Of a stretch of 64,000 bases of DNA, positions 48,756-58,684 are shown piece after piece. Where the stretch lies: the NCBI GenBank assembly GCA_030295235.1, contig AP026142.1, forward strand, positions 434,001 through 498,000, written 5' to 3'. Numbering within the stretch: position 1 is the stretch's first letter; the number at the start of each line of letters is the position of its first letter. The notes below the pieces were generated by a model. That model had not been told where the DNA came from. It saw nothing but the letters and a program-made list of their open reading frames with translations, and made no database searches. The position numbers and the translations under genes are program-made. This DNA comes from Fistulifera solaris. Taxonomy: Eukaryota.

Positions 48756-49186
48756 TGTATCAAGTGTGTTTTTAATTCGAGAGAGGACTATTTGCCGTGA
48801 TGGCTCATTATTGTTATTTGTGTCTCTCTCAGTGTGCTAGGATTTGATGGGAGATTTTGTGGTCGATACTTGTACGAAACCTTACCATCATCGTCGCAAT
48901 AACAATAAACGCCTGCACATCATCATCCACAATACGGTTCGAGTTGTTGTGTCACGGATGTCCTGAGTCTATTTTTCCAGTATTAATGATACATACGGTT
49001 TCACTCTCTCTAGAGAGCCAAAGATCCGCTCTCATCATCATCTGCGTCATCCGTCGCGCCTTTGCGCAAAATGCAACAATACGAAAAGCATCGCATCGGG
49101 AGAGTGTTGACACTTACTTCTCCCAACCATTTCCGATAGCCAGACACTCCTGCACTTCGCATAGAAAGTCTAACAGCAATTAAAGA

Positions 49187-49924
49187 ATGAGGGCGCTTCT
49201 TTTCTTTTTTTCTTCTCTTGGCTATATCGCAAGCCTTTCAACCTGTCCTACCCGAGATCTCGTCTTCCAGAACGACGGCCCCCCTTCGGATGACCGCTGA
49301 TGATTCGTTCTCGAATGTGAATCGTCGAAATTTTTGCTGCAAACCATCGCCGCCTCTGCTCTCCTAACTCCGCAATCCGCACATGCCATCGGCCCTGTCC
49401 GCGTCTCACTGACTCCCACGTCTTACATTGCTCGGACATGTCCACCCAACAAACCTATTCCAGGACAAAAGGCCATGCAAGGTATGCGGGGACTTTGTGT
49501 CACCGTCCAAGCCACGTTGAACGATCCTGTCCCCAAAGAACTCGAGAAAGTTGGTGTCTATGGCTTCATTACGGACGGAGATACGGGAGACTCGGTATTG
49601 GCCAACAATCCGGATCTCAGTACAGATGCGGGACAATTTGCCATTGTCGAAAAAGTAAAGACGACCGACAAGACGATCGAATTCGAATTCATTGCGGCCG
49701 TGCCTCGCGAAAAAGATTTGACGCAATACGACAATGGGATCGGACCGCTCCACTTTGAAAGTTTGCGATTAGTGAGTTTTCCGGGGGGACAGCAATACGG
49801 TGAGATCAATCCGTGCGAAATGAACGAATTCAGTATCGAGTGTGAAGAATGGGAAGAACAAAATGGACCTTACACGAAAGGAAAGTTTATGATGGAAAGT
49901 AACAGCCGTACCAAAGGACGCTAA
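49187..49924 (+). CDS. Thylakoid-lumen protein of unknown function
   Basis: After correcting two T-run indels: signal peptide SQA-FQP, twin-Arg NRRNFL and AHA cleavage site. The mature domain includes VGVYGFITDGDTGDSVLANN. Confidence 0.65.
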
Positions 49925-50041
49925 AGACAAGGTCGATGACTGCCACAAGACGACATTGCTAAAATATATAGGGAAGCATTAAGGAACTCCTCTTCAACGG
50001 AACACGTGTTAATGCTGTTCAGTCTTCTCTCGTGTATCTTT

Positions 50042-51606
50042 TTAGATTTCTCCAGCAGTACGGCCAGTCAAGTCACCGATATCCTTATGACTTTCGTCCC
50101 ACAGAGTATGGAAGGTTTGACCGGAGGGTTTGTCGACACGCTCGTACGTGTGTCCGCCAAAGAAATCGCGCTGCGCTTGAATCAGATTAGCGGGCAATCG
50201 GCCTCGACGGTATTGATCATAATACGACAATCCTGCCGATAAAGCGGGTGTAGCAATACCACAAGCCACTCCTAAACTGACAATGCGTCGCCAGGCCATG
50301 TGGCGGGCATTCAATTCGGCTGCAAAGCCACCCTTGTCCACCAGCAAATTGGCTAGACCCGGGTTGTTGGTCAATGCGTTGGTAATCTTGGTGAGCAACG
50401 CCGCACGAATGATGCATCCGCCCCGCCACATACTAGCGCACAACGACAAATCGACATCCCAGCCGTGCTTGTCGGATGCCGCGCGGATTATACTGAGACC
50501 CTGTGCATAGGAAGTGACCTTGGCGCAATACAAAGCAGATTGCAAGTCCGCAATGATCTGATCCTTGTCCACAAGAGGTTTACTTTCCTCCGGTGGACCT
50601 TCGAGAAGTTTTTCGGCGGCTACACGTTCTTCCTTGCGGGCCGATAAATACCGACTATCGAGCGAGGCTGCGATAACTGGAGCCGCTACACTTTGCTCGG
50701 CTGCCTCTTGCACTGTCCACCGTCCCGTTCCTTTCATTCCTGTTTTATCGAGAATCTGATCCACCACATAACCATCTGCGGCGGCGTCCTCGCGATCTTC
50801 CTTCTTGGCAAAAATCTTGGCCGTGATTTCGATCAAATACGATTCCAGCTCACCTTTATTCCATTCGTGAAAGAGATCCGACATTTCCTTATTGCTCATT
50901 CCAACAATCGTCTGGAGTACGTGCGAAAAAGTATGTCGAGATGAGTGATGGCGTAGAATGCCCTCTTAGATTCAACTAGACGTACCTTGAGAATATCGTA
51001 CACTTCACTAATCAATTGCATGTCCCCATACTCGATTCCATTGTGCACCATTTTGACGTAATTTCCGGCTCCGATAGGTCCACAATATCCAGTACAAGGT
51101 GTTCCGTCGGGTGCTTTGGCGGCACATTTCATCAGAATGGGTTCAATCATATCGTACGCTTCTTTTGGACCACCGGGCATGAGGGAAGGACCATTGCGTG
51201 CACCCTCTTCTCCACCCGAGATCCCCATACCAATAAATAAGATCCCTTTCTCAGCTAGTTCAGTGGAACGACGAATTTGATGAGGGAACCATTCATTTCC
51301 ACCGTCAATAATCAAATCCCCTTCTTCGAGATATTCCGACAAGGCCTCAATAGTCATATCGACCGGTTTTCCCGCTTGTACCAAAATGACAATTTTGCGT
51401 GGTTTTTTCAATTTCGAACAAAAGTCTTGTGGCGATTCAGACGGAGTAATGGGCAAATTGCCTTCGTTCTGGGCCCGCGCCACGGTTGTCACGACCTTGC
51501 TGTGTGAGCGATTCCCCACACAGACCGAAAAGCCTTGGGAGGCCATGTTGAGAGCAAAGTTTTGCCCCATGATGGCGAGACCGTACATTCCAATGTCGCA
51601 ACTCAT
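50042..51606 (-). CDS. gnd: 6-phosphogluconate dehydrogenase, decarboxylating (cytosolic)
   Basis: GLAIMG, SGGEEGARNGPSLMPGG, VKMVHNGIEYGDMQLI, KGTGRWT, WRGGCIIRA and QAQRDFFGGHTY. Intron 50912-50985; probable 5'-UTR intron 51608-51717. Confidence 0.97.
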
Positions 51607-52792
51607 ACTATGAGGTAAACAGGGTCAGTAATGATTGTTAGGCTTGACTTGTTATAGTAAATACGTAAAAAAACTCCTCGGATGATGTTATTTTCGTCAT
51701 GCCATCCCTAAACGCACCTGTATTCGAATTAATTCAAGAATATTATATCTTATAAAATATAAGGATCTTCGTCCTCCTTCGATGAATGAAAGTAAGAAAA
51801 GAGAAGAAGAAGAGGCCCTTCTTTTGAGGAGAAGAGACTTCAAACTCCGCGTCGAATGCGATCTTCGTCGAACATCGTCGGAGGGAATTCGCTGCTGATT
51901 TTTTGGGAGCGTTTTCGGTGCACCCGATAGGTGCTTCCAAACGTATAGTGCAATACATCTAGACAAACCGGTGCGATAATTAAAAAAGAAAAACTCGAAA
52001 CAGATCTTAGCTTCACCAGGTACTGGTAATGATGATTTCTAAAGAGAGAAAGGCCAAAAGGTAAATACATTGTAATCAATAGATCCATTTTTATTCATAT
52101 TGCTTTTGTCCAGATTGCTCTTGTCGTCGTTGCTACTGAGTTTTTACATGTTTTGCTGTCCTTCGAAATCGCTTCAATGCCGGACTATCTCATAAAATGA
52201 AGGCGCCCTTTTTCGTCGACTGAGGACCCGATTCCAGTCATGAACAACAAGGACATAAATATTATTGGTTACGGTTCCTTGTGTGTTTCGTGTCTTTCTG
52301 AGATAATGGGATGCTAAATCAATAACCTTTATGATGTGACTTAAGATTGCATGATGCTGCGATTTTGGATCAATCATCCATGCCTGTGTTGTTTTGTCAA
52401 GATGGCTATAGCACACACTGTTGACTTTTACGACTTCACGACTCCTCAGCTGATTTCCAGTCCCGTACGTGACAACAGCGATGCCTCGGTCGTGATTGCG
52501 TCATCCGTCGCGCCACGAAGCGGTGTTGAAGTCAATAACTTTTGCTTCACATCTCGTCGAAAGACTTCCTCTTGATGCGAGAACCAAGGTGAAGTATCTA
52601 CGAAAGACGTGACAAGTGCAAATAAGTACCTCGTAGACACTCATCAGACTGATCAACGACAGCACGACTCAGTCAATTGATCTGATAGCACTTACACCAT
52701 CCGATAAAAAGTCAGTGCGCATTCGAACGTTGTAAAAAAGTCAAACGACATTCTCATAAAAATCAAACACGCGAAACAAAAATAGAGACATC

Positions 52793-53941
52793 ATGAGAAC
52801 GCATGCATCAACACTAACGGTTGTGCTTCTCGCGCACAACACTTATGCCTTCACTTCCATGAAACCCCATTTGACCCGAAATATCCATTCAACGCCCACC
52901 TTTCGGACGACACTCATGGCCGAAACATCCGACGATCAAATCGAACGACTGCGATCGGAAGCGGCTCGCTTACGAGCCGAAGCGGCCGCCCTGGAGGCGC
53001 GTCAAGCCGCCGAAATGGCACAAGCCGTCGAAAAAGTCTTCCAGAAATTCGATACCAACAAGGATGGAGAGATCTCTCTCGCCGAACTCAAGGCTGGCTT
53101 GGAAAATGCCTTCAAACTGGAATTATCGGAAGATCGTGTGCGTAAGTTGATGGAAGCCTTTGACAAGAGTGGAGACGGAGCCTTGCAGCTGGATGAATTC
53201 GTAGGAGTGGACCGATTCCGCAACAAACTAGACGCATTAGCGCGTGATGAACGCGCCAAGGCGTTGGAAAAGGCCAAGATTGCCAAGCAAGAAGCCGACG
53301 TTTCTCGTCTTCTCGAAGCACAAGTAGCGAGAATCAATGATGGTCCTCCAACTCCGACGGATCGAATCGTTTCCGTTCTTCCGTATTTGTTCCCTTTAAT
53401 GGATGGCCTGCAATACGCCAGTTTCCTTTTATTGAAAAATCAAGACAATCCTTTGGCGGTCCTCTCGTTGGTCACCTACACTCTGTATCGAGCCATTCCC
53501 TTTGGTGGATTCATTGCTTTCTTTGCACTCTTTTATGTCGCGGGGAAACCCGAAATCAATCGCCTAGTACGATTCAATACACAACAAGCCATCTATTTGG
53601 ACATTGCGTTGTTCTTTCCTGGTTTAATTACTGGCCTCTTTGCCATTCTGGGCGGACCCGTCGATCCGACCCTGGCCGAAATCACCAATGATGCCATCTT
53701 TTTCACACTGGCCGCTGCCATCCTGTATTCGGTGGGCAGTTCCTTGTTGGGAATCTATCCCGACAAGATTCCCTTCATTTCGGACGCTGTCGCCAACCGC
53801 ATTCCGCCCGCTGAAAAAATTATGAAGGACAACAAGGACTTTTTGGATATGATCATCAAGAACGGAGGAAAACTGCCCAAAGATTTGGTAGGACCCAATG
53901 GAGAAGCTTTGGAAAAGAAAGACGAAGACAAGAAAAAGTAA
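52793..53941 (+). CDS. TIC20: Tic20/Ycf60-family plastid import protein with an N-terminal EF-hand pair
   Basis: Presequence TYA-FTS; EF loops DTNKDGEISLAE and DKSGDGALQLDE; Tic20 motifs LPYLFPLMDG and VRFNTQQAIYLDI. Confidence 0.82.
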   Translation: MRTHASTLTVVLLAHNTYAFTSMKPHLTRNIHSTPTFRTTLMAETSDDQIERLRSEAARLRAEAAALEARQAAEMAQAVEKVFQKFDTNKDGEISLAELKAGLENAFKLELSEDRVRKLMEAFDKSGDGALQLDEFVGVDRFRNKLDALARDERAKALEKAKIAKQEADVSRLLEAQVARINDGPPTPTDRIVSVLPYLFPLMDGLQYASFLLLKNQDNPLAVLSLVTYTLYRAIPFGGFIAFFALFYVAGKPEINRLVRFNTQQAIYLDIALFFPGLITGLFAILGGPVDPTLAEITNDAIFFTLAAAILYSVGSSLLGIYPDKIPFISDAVANRIPPAEKIMKDNKDFLDMIIKNGGKLPKDLVGPNGEALEKKDEDKKK

Positions 53942-54088
53942 TTAAGCTGACAGTATGAATTTCATCGAGAATGAAACGTGTGGGATCGCGTTTGAACAAC
54001 CCAGACAAAATAATATTGAAATACTGTTTTAAATACATAAATCACAGATGAAAAGATATTAATCATATTGCATCGACCCGCGAACGCG

Positions 54089-55042
54089 TTATAGACCCGA
54101 CGGTGGAACCAAGACCTGTTGCAACCAGTCGAGCTTCGTAACATCGCCCCCAATGTGCTGCAAATCCCGTTCAAATTGTTCCAACAAACCCAAGGGCTGT
54201 CTTTTGCGGGACGGTACCATCACATGTTCCGCATCTTCTATTTCGTCCACGGTCCGTCTCTTTTCTCGTTCTTGCATTTCTTGCATCAATGCGGCCGCCT
54301 CTTGTTGTCGACGCAGGAGGAGCGGCACGGCTTGCACGACGGCTTGTACTTCTGGGAGGGAAATTTGCGAAGGATTGGTGTCGAGGGCCTTTTGTGCCAA
54401 CAAAGCCGCCCATTCCGTTTGTGTGACCGTTTGCTGCAACTGGTGACGACGCATTTGGATCGTTTGATAACGATCCCGCAATTGTTGCAATTCGTCTTGC
54501 AGTCGTTGTAACGCTTCGTGTGGACTTTCGTTCTCCTTTTGCAGTAACTGTTTCGCAGCAGTGATTTTGTCATCTTCAACCAGCGCGTCGCTCATTTCAA
54601 TGTCTGTTTCGTCTTCATCTTCTTCTTCTTCGACCACAACGTCGTCGGAAACAAATTGCTGCAGAATCAGCGCACGCCGTTTGGGCGGATAGTGGGAAAT
54701 CGAGAACACGTGACGTCGCGCGTAAACTTCGGCAATATCCATGCCACGATAATACACGGGAAGAACTTTGTTGATCAATTTCTCGACGCGGGCGGCATTT
54801 GCCATGGGCATGGACGTCCCAACGCTCGATCGAATGTAGGTCGTCAAGTGCGCCGTCATGACGTCGGCGAGTTCCGCATTGAGACTCCCGAATAATTGGG
54901 CGTCTTCTTCCACCAAATGTTCTTCTGTTTGTTTGGTCATGTGGTGGTGGTGGTTGTGGTGGTGGTTGTTCTTGTGTTCGAAGAATGAGTGAGTCCTTTT
55001 CTGAAGTGTTGTTGTGATTGAGGTTATCATTGCTTTCATCAT
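54089..55042 (-). CDS. Coiled-coil protein, possibly kinetochore Mis12-like
   Basis: MDIAEVYARRHVFSI resembles the Mis12 D-x-F-E-x-Y-x-x-R-N-x-F-x-I motif and is followed by a coiled coil. The start could instead be 54940. Confidence 0.5.
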   Translation of the reverse strand: MMKAMITSITTTLQKRTHSFFEHKNNHHHNHHHHMTKQTEEHLVEEDAQLFGSLNAELADVMTAHLTTYIRSSVGTSMPMANAARVEKLINKVLPVYYRGMDIAEVYARRHVFSISHYPPKRRALILQQFVSDDVVVEEEEDEDETDIEMSDALVEDDKITAAKQLLQKENESPHEALQRLQDELQQLRDRYQTIQMRRHQLQQTVTQTEWAALLAQKALDTNPSQISLPEVQAVVQAVPLLLRRQQEAAALMQEMQEREKRRTVDEIEDAEHVMVPSRKRQPLGLLEQFERDLQHIGGDVTKLDWLQQVLVPPSGL

Positions 55043-55460
55043 GATCGTGCAATTTTTTCGTCAATGCTGCGCGTGAGGCGTGACAGGCGTGACAAGGAAA
55101 ATAGATAGGAGTATTGATGTCATTAAGACGTTTTATGAATAATGAATGTATAATTCAACCGAAACAAGGACTATAATACAAATTGTAGCACACGCTCAGC
55201 CATCTGGTCCAACCTCCCACCCTTCTATCCCTGCGTCAGATGAAAGACACGAGGAACGTTTTTGATGGCCGCAGCCACTTGATTTTTGTTTTTTTCTTTT
55301 CTGTCGTCGTGCCGACGTTGCTTGAAAGACACGCTTCCAAACTGCGTTGTTATTAGCAATATCTTTTACCATTACTTATCGAATTCACGTGATCGAACAG
55401 TTTTATTCGGTTTCGTCCAAATCCTTTTTCTTGTTCTTCCTTTTACTTCTTTTTACCAAA

Positions 55461-56532
55461 ATGTTCATCAAACATCTCGTTGTTCTGCTCCTACCGGCCG
55501 CCGCCCACGCGTTTGTCGTGCCTTCTGTCGCGACGTTGCCGAAACCTCTCTTCCTTTCCAGTGTCGAAGCACCGACGGAAGAACGTTTTACCATCTTTGT
55601 GGGAAATCTTCCTTCTGGTAAGATAAATAAAAGAGAATCACAGTAGAGATGCTTCCGTCCGTTTATTTCATGGGTCTCACGGTTGGTTTTACTTCTTTCT
55701 TCTTTCTCTCTCTTCACTCCCGAATGATAGACTCGACGCAAGAAGGACTCGAAGCCTTGTTTTCCCAACACGGATCGGTGAGTTCGGTCAATGTCCCGAC
55801 CAACCGCGAAACCGGTCAGGTACGGGGGTTTGCCTTTGTGGACATGAGTACCGCGGACGGTATGCAAGCCGCCATTGATGCCTTGAATGGGGAAGACTTT
55901 CACGGAAACGAATTGCGCGTGTCGGAGTCGGTTCCGAAAGATCAATTAAAGAAGAAGGACAATAAAAACAAAGATGTCATGGCGGGATACAAAAGATTTA
56001 TGTCGGTAACCTTCCGTACGATATTGATCGCGACGAATTGTCCGAATTTTTCTCGGTTTACGGTGACTTGCAAGATATTTACATTCCCACAAATGCCGAC
56101 ACCGGTTCCGGTCGTGGCTTTGCCTTTCTCACTTTCAAGGAAGAAGATGCGAACCGTGCCGTCAGTGACGCCAACGGAAAAGAATTGAATGGACGTCCTT
56201 TGGTGGTCAATGAACCGTTGCAGGCGGGAGAACGACCGGCACGACCCGCCCGAAACAACAACAACAACGACGACCGCGTCAAGTTGTACGTTGGCAATCT
56301 GAGTTTCTACACGGTCCGCGAGACGTTGCAAGAAATCTTTGAAGAATTCGGGACCGTCATTGACTGTTACATGCCCGAAGATCCCGAGACGGGTGGTACT
56401 CGAGGATTCGGGTTCGTGACGATGCCCAAGGATGCCGCCAATCGGGCAGTGGCCGAGATTGATGGGTGTGAAGTGGATGGTCGCGCGATTCGTGTGAATG
56501 TGGCTCAACCCAAGGGACGTGGTAGAAATTAG
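55461..56532 (+). CDS. Plastid-targeted RNA-binding protein with three RRMs
   Basis: Presequence AHA-FVV; RNP2 motifs IFVGNL/IYVGNL/LYVGNL and RNP1 motifs RGFAFV/RGFAFL/RGFGFV. Intron 55618-55730; A-run frameshift ~55992. Confidence 0.88.
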
Positions 56533-56689
56533 GGAGACTTTTGCGTTGAGTGAATCGGTATTCATCTTGTTTGTTTCGCATGGGTGATTGATTCGCTGCA
56601 ATCGTGGCTTTATGATAACACCAAATCGATGGATATTTTACGAATGAAGATAATGATAAAAAATCAATCTGTTTTTCTATTGCTTCTTA

Positions 56690-57772
56690 TCAATCATGCA
56701 TTTCGACGGGTAAGGATTGGACAAGACGACCGACAAAGTCTCGCAGGGACAAAGATGCGCTGGCCTCGGGGAAAAGCTCGGTAAACGGTTTGCCCATTTC
56801 ACACGATTTCAGTAGCTCCGGATCGAGAGGGAGTCGCCCCCAAAATGGTACGCAATAATCGTTGCACATGCGCTCCGTTCCACCTGTGCCAGCAAAAAAA
56901 TCAGAGGCCACTAAACAGTCCAGTACCTCTGGACATTTCTCTCTCAGCGTCGCCAGAATGGCTTCGGTACAATCCGACCCGTGAGCGGATAGGAACCGCA
57001 GTTTGTCCATACGGGCCTGAAAGGTGCCCATGTTTTCTACAACACCAAGAACGGGTACTGAAGTCTTTTTGCAAAACGACAATTCCTTGCGCACGTCCGC
57101 CAAACTGACTTCTTCCGGTGTTGTAACAACAAGAGCCCCGGCAATGTTTTGCGCCTTTTGCAAATACTGCACGGTCGAAATGTGCTCATCGCTGGTTCCG
57201 GGTGGCGTATCGACAATCAAATAATCCAAGCCGTCTGTTTCCCCGGTCCAGTCGACTTCGGTGAGAAATTGTTGAATGAGAGCATTTTTCCGTGGCCCTC
57301 TCCAAATCACCGCTTGATTGTGATCGGACAGCATGAACGAAATGCTCATGACGGCGATATTGCTGCTACTGTACACGGGAATCCATGACCCGGACCCCGA
57401 ATGACGAACGGTTTGAGTGACATAATCATCTCCGAGCACCATCCGCGGCGCCGATGGTCCGCACAAATCCACGTCGAGCAACCCCACGGCGTAGCCTTGT
57501 GCGGCCAACGTATGACAGAGCTGCGCCGCCACGGTACTTTTCCCCACCCCGCCTTTGCCCGAAATGACCAATACCACGTGCTGCACATTCCGCAGGCTAT
57601 ATCGCAGTTGCTGTGCCTCAGCTTCAGCTTTGGCGATGGCTTCTGGAGACGAAAACGCGCCCGAAGCACAAGCGCCTTGATTCGGACATCCCTCACACGC
57701 GGAGGCTTTCCCGGCGCTTTCCGAAGTCGGGCCTACGCAATTTTCGTTGGCGTTGGTGGGTGCTTCTTGCAT
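56690..57772 (-). CDS. NBP35: Cytosolic Fe-S cluster assembly factor NBP35
   Basis: N-terminal C...CEGCPNQGAC cluster, ISGKGGVGKST, DVDLCGPS, WRGPRK, DTPPGTSDEH and VVENM. Confidence 0.93.
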   Translation of the reverse strand: MQEAPTNANENCVGPTSESAGKASACEGCPNQGACASGAFSSPEAIAKAEAEAQQLRYSLRNVQHVVLVISGKGGVGKSTVAAQLCHTLAAQGYAVGLLDVDLCGPSAPRMVLGDDYVTQTVRHSGSGSWIPVYSSSNIAVMSISFMLSDHNQAVIWRGPRKNALIQQFLTEVDWTGETDGLDYLIVDTPPGTSDEHISTVQYLQKAQNIAGALVVTTPEEVSLADVRKELSFCKKTSVPVLGVVENMGTFQARMDKLRFLSAHGSDCTEAILATLREKCPEVLDCLVASDFFAGTGGTERMCNDYCVPFWGRLPLDPELLKSCEMGKPFTELFPEASASLSLRDFVGRLVQSLPVEMHD

Positions 57773-58650
57773 TTGAGTTCGTTAACGAAGAAAAAACAAG
57801 GAGGATAATAATCGAATTATAATGGTACTGGTACCGCTCCTGTTGAATGCAAAAACGGCCCAAGGAACATCGTCTCGGCGGCGGAAAAGCATGGAAATCC
57901 GCGTTCAAACCGTTCCATCCAAAATCAATCGTGCTTGGAGGGAATTTGGAATGAAGAATGCTGTACCAGGTAAGGTTTTTACATTGGGTACAACAAAGAC
58001 TCCCCCACTCAAACTACCAGTACCAGGTATCAATCCCAAAGTGGAGGAACCCTTTTCTACTGACTGGATTTTTCAGTCTTGGATCTCTTTCTCTGGCCAA
58101 CAAGATGTGTTTCTTGCTTCAAACAGCTGACATTCTCGTTCCAATTACATTCCATCACTATTAGCATCATCATAGACATTATTAATGATTCGGAGCAAAA
58201 TCAGGTTGAAGGTTGTATGCATGCAAAATCCTTGCAATCAATGTCATCAAATGGAAGACGGAACTGGGACTTCTTGTTATTACTTTGATTTAGTGCCGTA
58301 AGTCGATGAAGAAGTATATAATCCAAGAAATCATATACTAACAACTTATGTAATCCTTGCTATTGGCAACATTTGCATGCAACTCTTCATTCATGTTCAC
58401 ATCGAAAATCCATTCATTTCGTACACCCCCCAAAAGACTATAGATCCCGAGTGCTGTCTCGACCTTAACATGACTGGATTTCTGTCATGAGGATGACGTC
58501 TCGATCGCATCGCAACGGATGGCAAACACATTAACATGTCGAAAAAGATTATTGTTATTATTTTTCATGTTCACAAATCCGAACAGATTCGAGCTGCAAG
58601 CCATATTTTGAAATATTTGTAAAACAATTGATTTCTCGAGAATCGAAGCT

Positions 58651-58675
58651 ATATATATATATATTTATATATATA
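58651..58675. repeat. (AT)n microsatellite
   Basis: ATATATATATATATTTATATATATA just upstream of the ATG at 58685. Confidence 0.8.
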
Positions 58676-58684
58676 ACCGATATT

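Noticed and set aside
50006..57808. Numerous antisense and overlapping ORFs in the six-frame track
   Set aside because: Shadows of well-supported genes on the opposite strand or frame.
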